NCBI GenBank assembly: GCA_964609585.1
Contig: CAZSRA010000007.1
Location: 1 to 45,740, forward strand
Length of the DNA stretch: 45,740 nt
Direction: 5' to 3'
DNA from: an uncultured Candidatus Saccharimonadales bacterium
Lineage (GTDB): Bacteria; Patescibacteriota; Saccharimonadia; UBA4664
Part shown: positions 8,750 through 19,958 of the stretch, in pieces
Position numbering within the stretch: position 1 is the first letter of the stretch
Layout of the letters: each line of letters begins with the position of its first letter
Made by a program: the position numbers and the translations under genes
Notes under the pieces: generated by a model
What the model saw: only the letters and a program-made list of their open reading frames with translations
What the model was told of the DNA's origin: nothing
Databases searched by the model: none

Positions 8750-9997
8750 ATGCAAACCAATTTCCTCGCTGCGATTAACCTCATTGCGGAAGAGAAAAAT
8801 CTCCCGCGCGATATTATCATTGAAACCGTTCAGGCTGCCCTCGCAGCTGCCTACAAAAAAGACTACTCCGACAAAGATCAAGAAGCCCGTGCTGAGCTCG
8901 ACCAGGAAACCGGTGAAGTTCACATTTTTGTGTCCAAAGCGGTCGTGGCTGATGGTGATGTCGAAAACGAACACCTCCAAATCGGCCTTACCGAAGCCAA
9001 AAAGCTCGATAAAAAAGCTGTTGTACGGGAAATCGACCCTGAAGCCGAAATTGACCCGGAGAACCCAGAAGCCGTCGTTGGACCTTACATGGTCGAAATG
9101 GAGGCTCACCCCGAAGACTTCGGTCGCGTAGCCGCTCAGACCGCTAAACAAGTCATCATTCAGCGCCTCCGCGAAGCTGAGCGCGAAATCGTCTTCACCG
9201 AGTACAAAGACAAAGAGGGCCTCGTCCTAAACGGCAATGTCCAGCGCGTCGAAGGCAATGTAGCCTACGTAGATCTCGGTAAAGCTACCGGTGTGCTGTT
9301 TGCCTCAGAGCAAATCCCTGGTGAGCGTTATTACACCGGCCAGCGCCTCAAAGTCTATGTGGTGCGCGTAGAGCAAACCGCTCGCGGCCCGCAGATTGTA
9401 CTTAGCCGCGCTCACGCTCAAATGGTCCGCCATCTCTTTGAGCTAGAAGTGCCGGAAATTGAGGCTGGCAGCGTTGAAATCGTTGGTATCGCCCGTGAAG
9501 CCGGCGTCCGTTCCAAGGTGGCGGTTAAATCGCACGCCTCGGGCGTGGATGCCGTCGGTACCTTTGTAGGTGGTCGCGGTAGTCGCGTCCAGGCTGTTAT
9601 GAGCGACCTCGGCGAAGAGAAGATCGACATTATCCCCTTTGCCGAAGACCCTGAAACTTATATCGCCAACGCTCTTTCTCCCACCAAGGTTGTTAGTGTT
9701 ACCTTAAATGAGGTTGAAAAGAAAGCCGTCGTCCGCGTTCCCGAAGACCAGCTCTCACTCGCCATTGGCAAGCAAGGGCAAAACGTGCGCCTCGCCGCCA
9801 AACTCACTGGCTGGAATATCGACATCATTTCGGCCGATGAGTCGCGCGTAGAAGCCGCCGCTGCTGCTGCAGATTCCGAGAGTACCTCCAAGGCTGATCT
9901 CGAGAGCTCGCTGATTGATGCGATCAACTCCGGCGCCACTCACGCCGACCCGCTCTCTGGGCAGACACCCAGCGACGATACCCCTCAACCCGAATAA
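8750..9997 (+). CDS. nusA: Transcription termination/antitermination factor NusA
   Basis: FGRVAAQTAKQVIIQRLREAERE, S1 and KH domains, LSLAIGKQGQNVRLAAKLTGWNIDI. Confidence 0.98.
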   Translation: MQTNFLAAINLIAEEKNLPRDIIIETVQAALAAAYKKDYSDKDQEARAELDQETGEVHIFVSKAVVADGDVENEHLQIGLTEAKKLDKKAVVREIDPEAEIDPENPEAVVGPYMVEMEAHPEDFGRVAAQTAKQVIIQRLREAEREIVFTEYKDKEGLVLNGNVQRVEGNVAYVDLGKATGVLFASEQIPGERYYTGQRLKVYVVRVEQTARGPQIVLSRAHAQMVRHLFELEVPEIEAGSVEIVGIAREAGVRSKVAVKSHASGVDAVGTFVGGRGSRVQAVMSDLGEEKIDIIPFAEDPETYIANALSPTKVVSVTLNEVEKKAVVRVPEDQLSLAIGKQGQNVRLAAKLTGWNIDIISADESRVEAAAAAADSESTSKADLESSLIDAINSGATHADPLSGQTPSDDTPQPE

Positions 9998-10010
9998 CAA
10001 ATGCATCAAT

Positions 10011-10037
10011 TTGGCACTCTCTTGCATAGAGTGCCAA
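10011..10037. promoter_or_regulatory. CIRCE element (HrcA operator) overlapping the clpC promoter
   Basis: TTGGCACTC-N9-GAGTGCCAA; extended -10 TGCTATACT just downstream. Confidence 0.88.
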
Positions 10038-10141
10038 CAGTGCTATACTAGGGTCATAATCTCGCAGTCCGGTCGTCGCTCCTTCTTTCCTTGACCATCC
10101 GACGCCAAATGTGGGAGGGTAAGAGAAAGGACACTATAAAA

Positions 10142-12676
10142 GTGGCAGATTTTAGCTCACAATTTGACCGGTTCACCGAGAATGCTAAGCGCAGTCTCGA
10201 AAACGCTGAAGCCATTGCCACCAGCATGGGCTCAAGCTATGTCGGCACCGAACACATTTTGCTCGGCGTGCTCCAGCAGGAGACCTCAATAGGCGCCAAA
10301 ATTCTCGGCAAAGTCGGGGTTACCTTCGAAAAAGCTCAGCTCGTCTTGAGCTTTTCGCAGCAGCTCGCTGGTGGTGGTTACAAAGGCGCTTCCGAAACCG
10401 CCAAACGCACGCTCACCTATAGCCTGCGCGTCGCGAAAGAATTTGGGCAGCCCTACTGCGGCACTGAGCACATCCTGTTTGCCATTATGAGTGAAAAGAG
10501 CGCTCGGGCTATCAGCTTACTCAAAAATGACCTCCAGATCGACCCAGCCATCATTCGTGGCGAGCTCGAAAACTATCTGGGCAATCAGCAATACTTTTAC
10601 GCCGAAGAAGAACGCGGCGCAGGCCGGACCACGAAGGGCGGCGCCAAGTCCAAAACGCCCGCTCTCGACCATTTCGGTATAGACCTCACCGGCAAAGCTC
10701 GCGAACACCAGCTCGATCCTATGGTGGGCCGCGAAGCGCAAATTAGCCGTGTTATTTCCATCCTCGGCCGTCGGTCAAAAAACAATCCTGTGCTCATCGG
10801 TGAACCTGGCGTAGGTAAAACCGCCATCGCTGAAGGCCTCGCCCAGCGCATTGTAGCCGAAGAAGTTCCGGAAATGCTTCTGCGCAAACGCCTGGTAATG
10901 CTTGATCTCGCGTCCGTCATCGCCGGCACCAAATATCGCGGTGAATTCGAAGAGCGCCTCAAAAAGCTCCTCGACGAAGCCAAGGCTACTCCAGAAGTCA
11001 TCCTCTTTATTGATGAGCTTCACACTGTGGTCGGAGCTGGCGCCGCCGAAGGCGCCATCGATGCCGCCAACATTCTAAAACCCGCCCTTTCGCGCGGCGA
11101 GATTCAGGTCATTGGTGCCACCACCTTGGAAGAGTACCGCAAACACATCGAAAAAGATGCTGCTCTCGAGCGTCGTTTCCAGCCCGTCCAAGTGCCCGAA
11201 ACCACGACGGACGAAACCATTGCCGTGTTGCGAGGCTTGCGACCGCGCTATGAAGAGCACCATCACGTGGAAATCACCGACGAGGCCATCACTGCCGCCA
11301 CCAAACTCGCAGCGCGCTACGTTGCTGACCGTTTCTTGCCCGACAAAGCCATCGATCTCGTCGACGAAGCGGCCAGTCTCGCTCGCATCAAACGCGGCGG
11401 TGCTAGTAAGGGCCTGCGCAATCTCCAAAAACAAATCGCAGAAATCCGCGAAGACATCGAAAACGCCGTTTTCGACCAAGACTTCGAGCTCGCCGCTCGC
11501 CTCAAGACCCGCGAATCTGTCATCCAAAACCGCCTCGCTCAGCTCAAACTCAAAGAGGGCGCAGCCGACGCTGCCGTTCGCATTACCGCCGAAGATATTG
11601 CCCAGGTCGTCGCACTCATGACCGGCATCCCCGTCACCCGCCTCATTAAAACTGAGGTCGACAGTCTGCTCAAAATCGGCGAATCCCTGGCCAAACGCGT
11701 CATCGGTCAAGATGAAGCCATCGACGCCATTGCCAAAAGCATTCGCCGTTCGCGCACCGGTATTTCCGACGGCCGCCGTCCCATTGGCAGCTTCATTTTC
11801 CTCGGCCCCACCGGCGTCGGCAAAACCGAGCTCGCCCGCATTCTGTCTGAAGAAATGTTCCACGACCGTGATGCCATGATTAAGATCGACATGTCCGAAT
11901 TCATGGAGCGTCACAATGTCTCCCGGCTCGTCGGTGCTCCCGCTGGCTATGTAGGCTACGACGAAGGGGGACAGCTCACCGAGCAAGTCCGGCGCAAACC
12001 CTACAGTCTCATCCTCTTCGACGAGCTCGAAAAGGCCCACCCCGACGTCTTTAACATGCTGCTACAAATTCTCGAAGATGGCTACGTGACCGATGCCAAA
12101 GGCCGCCGAGTCGATTTCCGCAATACCATCATCATTATGACCTCAAATGTCGGCGCCTCGGACATGAACAAAGAAGTGGAGCTCGGCTTCCGCACCCAAA
12201 CCCCCGGCGAAGAAAAGCAGCTCGAAGCCACTCATACCAAAGTTCGAGCAAAAGTCCTCGAAGACCTCAAAAAACAGTTCCGTCCCGAGTTCCTAAACCG
12301 TATCGACGCTACACTCGTCTTTAAGACCTTGTCGCAAAACGACATCAAGAAAATCCTGGCCCTCCAGCTTTCGGACCTTTCCGGGCGCCTCGAAGAGCAA
12401 GAACTCAAACTCCGTGTTACCCCCTCGGCTCGTGCACTCCTTATGGAAAAAGGCTACGACATGAAGCAAGGCGCCCGTCCCATGCGGCGTGCCATTCAGG
12501 ACCTGCTTGAAGATCCACTGGCCACCGGCGTACTCGATGGTCGGTTTAAACCCGGCGACACCATTACGGCGACCCGCCGCGGCGACCAAATGCACTTTAG
12601 CGCCGAACATCCTCGTCTTCGCGACACTCCAATCGACGAAACCCCCCAATCCGCTCAAGCTCCTACGTCGTCTTAG
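10142..12676 (+). CDS. clpC: ATP-dependent Clp protease ATP-binding subunit ClpC
   Basis: Clp_N repeats, two AAA modules ([16 protein letters not shown]), IDMSEFME; likely GTG start at 10142 after GAAAGGA (ORF track starts at 10091). Confidence 0.96.
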   Translation: MADFSSQFDRFTENAKRSLENAEAIATSMGSSYVGTEHILLGVLQQETSIGAKILGKVGVTFEKAQLVLSFSQQLAGGGYKGASETAKRTLTYSLRVAKEFGQPYCGTEHILFAIMSEKSARAISLLKNDLQIDPAIIRGELENYLGNQQYFYAEEERGAGRTTKGGAKSKTPALDHFGIDLTGKAREHQLDPMVGREAQISRVISILGRRSKNNPVLIGEPGVGKTAIAEGLAQRIVAEEVPEMLLRKRLVMLDLASVIAGTKYRGEFEERLKKLLDEAKATPEVILFIDELHTVVGAGAAEGAIDAANILKPALSRGEIQVIGATTLEEYRKHIEKDAALERRFQPVQVPETTTDETIAVLRGLRPRYEEHHHVEITDEAITAATKLAARYVADRFLPDKAIDLVDEAASLARIKRGGASKGLRNLQKQIAEIREDIENAVFDQDFELAARLKTRESVIQNRLAQLKLKEGAADAAVRITAEDIAQVVALMTGIPVTRLIKTEVDSLLKIGESLAKRVIGQDEAIDAIAKSIRRSRTGISDGRRPIGSFIFLGPTGVGKTELARILSEEMFHDRDAMIKIDMSEFMERHNVSRLVGAPAGYVGYDEGGQLTEQVRRKPYSLILFDELEKAHPDVFNMLLQILEDGYVTDAKGRRVDFRNTIIIMTSNVGASDMNKEVELGFRTQTPGEEKQLEATHTKVRAKVLEDLKKQFRPEFLNRIDATLVFKTLSQNDIKKILALQLSDLSGRLEEQELKLRVTPSARALLMEKGYDMKQGARPMRRAIQDLLEDPLATGVLDGRFKPGDTITATRRGDQMHFSAEHPRLRDTPIDETPQSAQAPTSS

Positions 12677-12737
12677 GCGTCAAAAGATTCTTACATGGCC
12701 AGTTGCGTGTACGTAATCTGTTCGGTACAATAAAATC

Positions 12738-14084
12738 ATGGCTAAAACGAGTACCAAATTCACCTGTCAAAGCTGTGGCGCTAGCTTTTCTCGCTGGATG
12801 GGTAAATGTGAGCAATGCGGAGCCTGGAATTCGCTCATCGAAGAAGTTGCCACCGTTTCGAGCGGTTTCGGCAAATCAAAACCTTCAGCCGCCCTTAGTC
12901 CCACCACCATCGCCGATGTCGCCGCCGAGCGCCTGCCTCGTATAAAAAGCGGCATCGACGAAGTTGACCAAGTTCTTGGTGGCGGTATCGTACCCGGCTC
13001 GGTAATGCTGCTCTCCGGCGACCCTGGCATCGGCAAAAGCACCCTTGTGCTACAAATTGCAACAGCTCTCGCAAAGAAACAGCCAGTACTCTATGTGAGC
13101 GGCGAAGAAAGCGCGGCTCAAATTCGCCTGCGCGCCGATCGGCTTGGACTGGGGTCAAGTGAGCTCGAACTTCTCGCCGCCACCAATATCGACGCCATTG
13201 CCGCTACCATCGAGCAGCATAAGTATCAGCTCGTCATTATCGACTCCATCCAAACCATGGCGGTAGAGGCGCTCACTGGCTCACCCGGAACGGTCGGTCA
13301 GATTACCGCCAGCGCTCAGGTTTTGCAGGCACTTGCTAAGCGTCACGGCCCCGCGATGCTCATCATTGGGCATGTCACCAAAGAGGGTAATATTGCGGGC
13401 CCCAAGATTCTCGAACATCTTGTTGACGTCGTTTTATACCTGGAAGGGGAGCGTTACGGTGCCTTCAAGGCGCTACGCGGTGTAAAGAACCGCTTTGGTT
13501 CTACGAGCGAAGTCGGCATCTTTGAGATGGTCGAGCAAGGTCTTATGGCCGTGCCAAACCCATCAGAAGCCCTGCTGGCCGAGCGCCGCCCGGGACCCGG
13601 CTCCGTAATACTTGCCACTCTTGAGGGCACGAGGCCGCTTCTCGTAGAAGTCCAGGCTCTCGTTTCGCCTACTTCCTTCGGCTACCCCAAGCGCACAGCC
13701 GTGGGATTCGACCTCAATCGCCTCAATCTCCTCGTGGCCGTCCTTACCAAACGAGCAGGGTTAAATTTGAGCTCTTCCGATATTTATGTTAATGTAGTAG
13801 GCGGATTGCGCGTAACGGAGCCAGCCGCAGATTTAGCAATTATTTTATCCGTTGCTTCGGCTATGCAGGACACGCAGGTACCAATCGGCCTCGTCGCGTT
13901 TGGTGAGGTTGGTCTCAGTGGCGAAATTAGATCAGTCGGCCAAGCGGCTCGGCGCGTAGCTGAGGCCACACGACTTGGTTACAACCTTGCCATTGGCCCA
14001 ACATTTGGCGCCACCACCGGGATGAAAGGCGTTTCCAATGTTGCAGAAGCGGTAAAATTTCTTTCGGCCCGCACAAAAAGATAA
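12738..14084 (+). CDS. radA: DNA repair protein RadA/Sms
   Basis: CQSCG...CEQC Zn finger, GDPGIGKST, KNRFG, Lon-like C-terminus. Confidence 0.98.
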   Translation: MAKTSTKFTCQSCGASFSRWMGKCEQCGAWNSLIEEVATVSSGFGKSKPSAALSPTTIADVAAERLPRIKSGIDEVDQVLGGGIVPGSVMLLSGDPGIGKSTLVLQIATALAKKQPVLYVSGEESAAQIRLRADRLGLGSSELELLAATNIDAIAATIEQHKYQLVIIDSIQTMAVEALTGSPGTVGQITASAQVLQALAKRHGPAMLIIGHVTKEGNIAGPKILEHLVDVVLYLEGERYGAFKALRGVKNRFGSTSEVGIFEMVEQGLMAVPNPSEALLAERRPGPGSVILATLEGTRPLLVEVQALVSPTSFGYPKRTAVGFDLNRLNLLVAVLTKRAGLNLSSSDIYVNVVGGLRVTEPAADLAIILSVASAMQDTQVPIGLVAFGEVGLSGEIRSVGQAARRVAEATRLGYNLAIGPTFGATTGMKGVSNVAEAVKFLSARTKR

Positions 14085-14119
14085 TAATACAAAGATAATC
14101 TCAAGAAAGGATTTATAAA

Positions 14120-15250
14120 ATGACCAATATCATTATTGGCCTTATGGGAGCTACAATTGGTTTACTGCTAGGAGCTTTAGCAAGTGCGCCTTTGAGCAAA
14201 CTACCAGGTACGCCCGGCAGCCTATTGCCGCTCGTTGTTTCCGCAATTCTTACCATCATCATGATGGCGATTGCTCTCGTTCGCCGCTCCGCCCTACTTG
14301 CAATCATGCCATTTCTCGACCCAGCTCCTCGACTTGCCCCGGCTCACGCCGTCGAACCGGTCAACCACACTCAAGGCCCCAGCTCGTCTGTGCTTCCCCA
14401 AATCTTGGTTGACACCTCGGTGATCATCGACGGCCGAATCGCCGACATTGCAACCGCTGGCTTCGTGCCGGGTCGCCTGAGTGTACCCAGGTTTGTCCTT
14501 GCCGAGCTCCAAAACATTGCCGACTCCGATGATGCCATGCGCCGAGGCCGAGGCCGTCGCGGCCTGGATGTGCTCAATACCCTTCGCGAACTCCCCGATG
14601 TAGACGTGACCATCATTGAAGACGATGTACCCGGCATTAAAGAAGTAGATGCCAAGCTTGTAGCCCTAGCTCAACGCTTTAGCTGCAACGTTCTCACCAC
14701 CGACTACAATCTAAACCGTGTCGCCCAAATCCAAGGAGTGCGCGTCCTCAACGTCAACGAACTCTCCAATGCCATTCGCCCCGTCGTATTGCCCGGCGAA
14801 GAGTTGCTTGTACGGGTAGTTCAGCCTGGCAAAGAGCGCAATCAAGGTGTTGGGTACTTAGCTGATGGCACCATGATCGTAGTTGAAAACGGTGACAAAC
14901 TTATGGGCCAAGAAGTTGCCACCGAAGTAACGCGCGTCTTCCAGACTGTGGCTGGCAAAATGATCTTCGCAGCCCCTCGGCCAGGGGTACTGAACCATAA
15001 CAATGCCGTCAGCGCGCCAAATCCCCCCGTCGATCACCCAACTTCCCCGGCACCCGCATCGATTCCCAGCCCCGGGCCAAGCGCTACGGATGCACAGCCC
15101 GCCTCTAGTCCCAACCCCTCTCGGCGCCGTTCAAATCACAACCGCGGCAACGCCAACAAAAAACATCAGGCATCACCAAACAGTGCCGACAATATTGAAG
15201 ACCGCATTGTAGCCGCCGTCAACAAACCTCAAAACCCCCGCTCAAACTAA
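14120..15250 (+). CDS. PIN/TRAM domain membrane protein (YacL family)
   Basis: TM N-terminus, LVDTSVIIDGRI, ELQNIADS..RGRRGLD, TTDYNLNRVA, QGVGYLADGTMIVVE; Pro/Asn-rich tail. Confidence 0.93.
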   Translation: MTNIIIGLMGATIGLLLGALASAPLSKLPGTPGSLLPLVVSAILTIIMMAIALVRRSALLAIMPFLDPAPRLAPAHAVEPVNHTQGPSSSVLPQILVDTSVIIDGRIADIATAGFVPGRLSVPRFVLAELQNIADSDDAMRRGRGRRGLDVLNTLRELPDVDVTIIEDDVPGIKEVDAKLVALAQRFSCNVLTTDYNLNRVAQIQGVRVLNVNELSNAIRPVVLPGEELLVRVVQPGKERNQGVGYLADGTMIVVENGDKLMGQEVATEVTRVFQTVAGKMIFAAPRPGVLNHNNAVSAPNPPVDHPTSPAPASIPSPGPSATDAQPASSPNPSRRRSNHNRGNANKKHQASPNSADNIEDRIVAAVNKPQNPRSN

Positions 15251-15266
15251 TTCTTACAAAAGGCCG

Positions 15267-18212
15267 TTAAGGCCCAACCTTGAACGTCAACGGGCTCGTT
15301 GCATCACCCGTATCGGAGCGTACGAGCCAGGTATGGTTACCTGGACTAAGTCCAACCACCGACTTCGTAGTTGTAGAGGCTGATCCGCGGAAGACATTGT
15401 CCACGTAAAGGCTATATGTAGATGCGCCGGAATCAGCGGTCCAGCTAAAGGCTACCGGGCCAAGTGCTACCTGGCTACCATCACTCGGTGAGCTACCCAC
15501 AAACGCTGAGCCCCCGCCCACATTCGTCACCGTCACCGTTTGCTCGTCGCTCGCTTGATACAGTCCCGCATCCGTCACCACGGCTTTAAAGGCATGACTA
15601 CCCGTTACCGTCGGTGCGTACGTTACCGGATAAGTACCGCTCCCATTAATGACTTGAGTCGACACAATCTGGTCATCGAAATACACCTCTAGTTTATTGG
15701 CGGTAAATGTTCCGGAAGTCACCTGCACGTTAAATGTGTATGGTCCACCTCCTGTCGCTCCCACAATATTAGCCGTCGGCTTCGTGTCGTCGCAATGATG
15801 CTGGTCATCGTTGGTGGTCGGTAGGTCGCCGCCGCTATTCGTAGCATACCCGGCGTTTATGAGGCCGGTCAGCCAGTTCTGATATTGACTCGGGTTTTGC
15901 GCCTGGGTGATCTCTGGCAAAATAGCACTTGAATAGACCGTTTGCTTAGCCAAATCAGGCGTACATTCGGTTGCAAGCTTCCCAGAAATTTTATCAACCT
16001 GCGCACTCTTGCCGCCCACTGAGCTCATTGGCGTATACCAGCTCGGGAATTGGTCCACGGTTGTGTGTTTGGTGCCGGTCGTTACGGCGCGCCCCGTATC
16101 TTTATCGAGTGTTACCGTCTTTATGCCCGGCGCCTTCACGAACGGCGCATTCGGCACGCCGTTATTCATAGCATTCATGAAGTTAATCCAAATCGGTGCC
16201 GCCACATCCGCGGCTTCACTCGTCATTTTCGAATTATCATTGTTGCCAGCCCATACCCCGGCCACAATGTTTGGCGTAAAGCCCATGGTCCAGGCGTCGC
16301 GGAAATCGGTGGTGGTGCCGGTCTTCACACCAATGTGAACACAATTCGTCGCTTGGTTATTGCCGCAGTTATTCCTTACCGCCAAAATGTTGCCAAAAAT
16401 GTATTGCTTGGCATTGTTGTCGCTGAGCATATCGGCCATCAAACTCGCGACCTGAGGGTCAAGTGCTTGCTTGGGTTTGGCCGGCTTTGAGTTATCCTCC
16501 ATCACGTTGCCTTTTTGGTCCCAGAGCTTGAAAATTGGCGTTTGGGTATAATGCAGCCCGCCATTTGCGAACGACTCATAAGCATTAGCCATTTCGCGAA
16601 GCTGTACTCCGCCCGTTCCAAGCACAAGCGACAGGCCGTACTGATCAGCGCTGCCTAAGGTATCGATACCCAGGCTCTGGGCCGTCTGGATCGAATTATC
16701 GATCCCAGCCATTGCCAAAGACTTCACAGCCGGCACGTTCAGCGACCCGGCTATCGCCTGGCGAACGGTAATAATCCCATAATTTCTCAAGCTGTAGTTT
16801 TTAACAATATACGGATTAGCCGTCGTCCCAAAATTCGTCTGCACATCATAAAGCGTGGTCCCGGGGCCGTATGTGGGGCACGAGCGGTCTTTCGCGCAGG
16901 CAGCATTTGCATTCTGGGAAAACAGTGTCGAATAAACAATCGGCTTAAAACTCGAGCCAGGTTGCCGCTCCGATGTGGCCACATTCACCTGCCCATTCGT
17001 TGGGTCATTGAAGTCGTGCGAACCAATCATCGCCAAAATATGACCAGAATTTGGATCCGTAGCAACGAGAGCCGCATTCGAACCGCCATCGGCAATCACT
17101 GTCTTCATGCCTTTTTGCACCGCCGCCGCCGCCGCCATCTGCTTATCATAGTCCATCGTAGTGTAGACCTTTAGCCCACCCTCCGTTACAGCGGTGTCGC
17201 CATACTTTTGCTCCAAATAGTCCTGAGCATAAAGCACAAAGTGAGCCACGTTTGCGTCCAGCCCGGCGTATAGGTTCTGAGACTGCGATAGCTTAGTGCC
17301 ATCCTTCAAATCTGCCACCGACCACTTCGCCGCATCAGCCTGAGCTTTCGTGGCATACTTTTGATCTACCATCAAATCCAAGACCAAATGTTGCCGGTCA
17401 ATCAGCTCCTGTGGATGAGCTCCGTACGGCGAATAATATGACGGCGCATTCAAAATTGCCGCGAGCAGCGCCGATTGACCAAGACTCAAATTCTTCGCAC
17501 AATGCTGATCTTTGTCGGATAGGTCCTTGTCCTGCGGGAAAAACGTCTTACAGGCGCTTTCAAGCCCATAAGCCCGGTTCCCGTAAGGAATCTCATTCAA
17601 ATACAGCGTTAAAATATCGTTCTTTGAATAAAACTGCCCAATTTCAATCGACAAAATGAGCTCTTTAATCTTGCGCGAAAAGCTATGGTCGGTCGGGTCC
17701 AGCAAGGCGTTTTTCACATACTGCTGCGTAATCGTCGATCCACCCTGTGCGGTGCTACGGTGCAAAAGGTCGATCGTGGCCGCCCGCAAATAGCCCAAGA
17801 AACTAAACGCTCCGTGCTGGTAGAAGTTTCTGTCCTCAATAGCAATCGTTGCGTCCTTGGCCACCGCCGGAATCTGATCAAATCCAATAATGCTGCGGTT
17901 TTGATCGCCGTAAAGCTCGTACAAAAGGTGATTACCCGACGAATCATAAAACTTCGTTGTCTGAGCTGTCACGCGGGCATTAATCTTACCGGGTGTTGGC
18001 AAATCTTTGGCAAACCACAAAAACACCAACAGAATAAAGACAAAACCCGCCCCCGCCAACCTCGCCAATCTCCTCAGTCCAGCCCGGCTCAACCAATATT
18101 CTTTAAAATGTGCTGGCGTAAATGACAAGAAAAAATTCTTGAGAATATTACCCTTTCTCTTCGTTAAGTCTTTCGACGGCTTGGCCGGCTTTCGAACTTT
18201 TCGCTTGGGCAT
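15267..18212 (-). CDS. Class A penicillin-binding protein (transglycosylase/transpeptidase) with C-terminal Ig-like domains
   Basis: EDRNFY, QGGSTITQQYVK, SSFK, SLN, KTGT. Confidence 0.95.
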   Translation of the reverse strand: MPKRKVRKPAKPSKDLTKRKGNILKNFFLSFTPAHFKEYWLSRAGLRRLARLAGAGFVFILLVFLWFAKDLPTPGKINARVTAQTTKFYDSSGNHLLYELYGDQNRSIIGFDQIPAVAKDATIAIEDRNFYQHGAFSFLGYLRAATIDLLHRSTAQGGSTITQQYVKNALLDPTDHSFSRKIKELILSIEIGQFYSKNDILTLYLNEIPYGNRAYGLESACKTFFPQDKDLSDKDQHCAKNLSLGQSALLAAILNAPSYYSPYGAHPQELIDRQHLVLDLMVDQKYATKAQADAAKWSVADLKDGTKLSQSQNLYAGLDANVAHFVLYAQDYLEQKYGDTAVTEGGLKVYTTMDYDKQMAAAAAVQKGMKTVIADGGSNAALVATDPNSGHILAMIGSHDFNDPTNGQVNVATSERQPGSSFKPIVYSTLFSQNANAACAKDRSCPTYGPGTTLYDVQTNFGTTANPYIVKNYSLRNYGIITVRQAIAGSLNVPAVKSLAMAGIDNSIQTAQSLGIDTLGSADQYGLSLVLGTGGVQLREMANAYESFANGGLHYTQTPIFKLWDQKGNVMEDNSKPAKPKQALDPQVASLMADMLSDNNAKQYIFGNILAVRNNCGNNQATNCVHIGVKTGTTTDFRDAWTMGFTPNIVAGVWAGNNDNSKMTSEAADVAAPIWINFMNAMNNGVPNAPFVKAPGIKTVTLDKDTGRAVTTGTKHTTVDQFPSWYTPMSSVGGKSAQVDKISGKLATECTPDLAKQTVYSSAILPEITQAQNPSQYQNWLTGLINAGYATNSGGDLPTTNDDQHHCDDTKPTANIVGATGGGPYTFNVQVTSGTFTANKLEVYFDDQIVSTQVINGSGTYPVTYAPTVTGSHAFKAVVTDAGLYQASDEQTVTVTNVGGGSAFVGSSPSDGSQVALGPVAFSWTADSGASTYSLYVDNVFRGSASTTTKSVVGLSPGNHTWLVRSDTGDATSPLTFKVGP

Positions 18213-18279
18213 AATAGTTTGGTCACCTAGTGAATAATTACTCGCTTAATTATATCACCCCTGCGAGTATAATAAGCTC

Positions 18280-18744
18280 ATGCTTTTAACGAATCACACC
18301 CTCACCGGCGTCCTGCTCGGCCTTAGTATTGATAATCCTGCCCTCCTGGCACCGACCGCCGTAGCCTCGCATTTGATACTCGATACCACGCCACACTTCG
18401 GCTACACAACGGCCAAAAATGGCCCCGAAACGCGCGCGCCACTTTTTATCGTCTGGGGCGCGCTCGATTTTACCGCATCTATCGTCGTCACGGCCGCTGC
18501 TTGTTATGCCTGGCCAGCGCGCATTCCCCAAATACTCGTTGGCGTCATAGGTGCCGACCTGCCCGATCTTGTCTATATCCCCATGATTGTCTTTGGACAG
18601 AATATTTACCGAATATTGCCTTTTTACCGACCCATGATCAAATTTCTCGGGCGGATTCAGTGGTACGAAAAGCCACCCGGAATCATCACCGAAATCGTCT
18701 GGGCGACGTTTATGCTCACACTGCTAAAAGCGCGACTTGGCTAA
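18280..18744 (+). CDS. Membrane protein, probable metal-dependent hydrolase family
   Basis: NHTLTG, SHLILDTTPH, DLPD, several TM segments; TATAAT 6 nt upstream of ATG. Confidence 0.6.
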   Translation: MLLTNHTLTGVLLGLSIDNPALLAPTAVASHLILDTTPHFGYTTAKNGPETRAPLFIVWGALDFTASIVVTAAACYAWPARIPQILVGVIGADLPDLVYIPMIVFGQNIYRILPFYRPMIKFLGRIQWYEKPPGIITEIVWATFMLTLLKARLG

Positions 18745-18785
18745 TCCCGTTCCCGTCCCGTCCGGCTCGTGCTAAACTACCAGCC

Positions 18786-19958
18786 ATGGAAGAATTACTC
18801 ACCCGCGGTGTCGATCAAATCATCGGCCAAGAAGAACTCGAAAATGCCCTAGCCGGCAAGCGCAAACTCCGGTTAAAATTTGGTGTTGACCCCACCCGTC
18901 CCGACCTGCACATCGGCCATGCTGTCGTTTTGCGCAAACTCCGGGCTCTCCAAGAGCTCGGCCACACCGTTATCTTTCTCATTGGTGATTACACCACCAA
19001 AATCGGGGACCCATCTGGTAAAAGCAAAACTCGCCCCATGCTCACCGACGATGAAATTGCTGCCAACGTTGAAACGTATCTAGCTCAAGTTGGTCAGATC
19101 CTGGACATCAAAAAAGCCGAGATTCGCTACAACTCTGAGTGGCTGGGGAAGCTCTCCTTCGGTGATATCATCAACCTAGCCTCAAACATTAGTGTGGCTC
19201 AGATCATTGAGCGCGACGATTTCAAAAATCGTTTGGCTTCTGGCCAAGAGCTAGCTTTGCATGAGCTGCTCTACCCGCTCATGCAAGCCTACGACTCAGT
19301 AGCTTTAGAAGCCGATGTTGAGTTTGGTGGCACCGACCAACTCTTTAATCTCATGGCCGGCCGGGCTCTGCAGAAAAAACTCGGTCAAAAACCGCAAATC
19401 GTTTTCACCTGCGAACTTCTCGTTGGCCTCGACGGCGCTAAAAAAATGAGTAAAAGCCTCGACAACTACGTGAGTTTCACCGACACGCCCGTTGATATGT
19501 ATGGCAAAATCATGAGCCTACCAGATTCACTCATCGCACCCTACTACAAGCTGTGCACTGAAATCGCTTTACCCGTCATTGATCAACTTGTAAAAACCCT
19601 CGCGGACGGTGCCAATCCCCGCGACTCCAAGGCTTCGCTCGCCCGCGAAATCGTCCGCCTCTACCATGGTGAAGCCGCCGCCTTAAAGGCCGAAGAAAGC
19701 TGGAATGCCACCTTCCGTGACCGCAAAGGTCCCACGGATGACCAAATCCAGGTCCATCACATTAGTAAAGCCACTTCAATTCTGGAAGTCCTAACCGCCT
19801 CAGGTGCCGCCAGTAGCAATACAGAAGCCCGCCAGCTCCTGTCTCAAAACGGGGTGAAAGTAAACGACACCACCGTCACCGATGAAACCACTCAGGTCAA
19901 ATCGGGTGACCTCATTCAAGTAGGGAAGCGGCGCTTCTTCAAGCTCAAGTCAAAATGA
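18786..19958 (+). CDS. tyrS: Tyrosine--tRNA ligase
   Basis: GVDPTRPDLHIGH, YPLMQAYD, GGTDQLFN, KMSKS, S4 domain; start reassigned to MEELLTRG. Confidence 0.98.
   Translation: MEELLTRGVDQIIGQEELENALAGKRKLRLKFGVDPTRPDLHIGHAVVLRKLRALQELGHTVIFLIGDYTTKIGDPSGKSKTRPMLTDDEIAANVETYLAQVGQILDIKKAEIRYNSEWLGKLSFGDIINLASNISVAQIIERDDFKNRLASGQELALHELLYPLMQAYDSVALEADVEFGGTDQLFNLMAGRALQKKLGQKPQIVFTCELLVGLDGAKKMSKSLDNYVSFTDTPVDMYGKIMSLPDSLIAPYYKLCTEIALPVIDQLVKTLADGANPRDSKASLAREIVRLYHGEAAALKAEESWNATFRDRKGPTDDQIQVHHISKATSILEVLTASGAASSNTEARQLLSQNGVKVNDTTVTDETTQVKSGDLIQVGKRRFFKLKSK

Noticed and set aside
10060-10142. RNA thermometer in the clpC leader
   Set aside because: A pyrimidine tract could pair with the SD, but only imperfectly; cannot be supported without folding.
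11075-12040. Long antisense and alternative-frame ORFs (e.g. 11075-12040, 19916-20656, 31564-32364, 45030-45641)
   Set aside because: Shadows of well-supported genes, with no motifs or start signals.
18501-18785. 95-aa N-terminal extension of TyrS in the ORF track
   Set aside because: Overlaps the upstream gene in another frame; a -10 sits 7 nt before ATG 18786.
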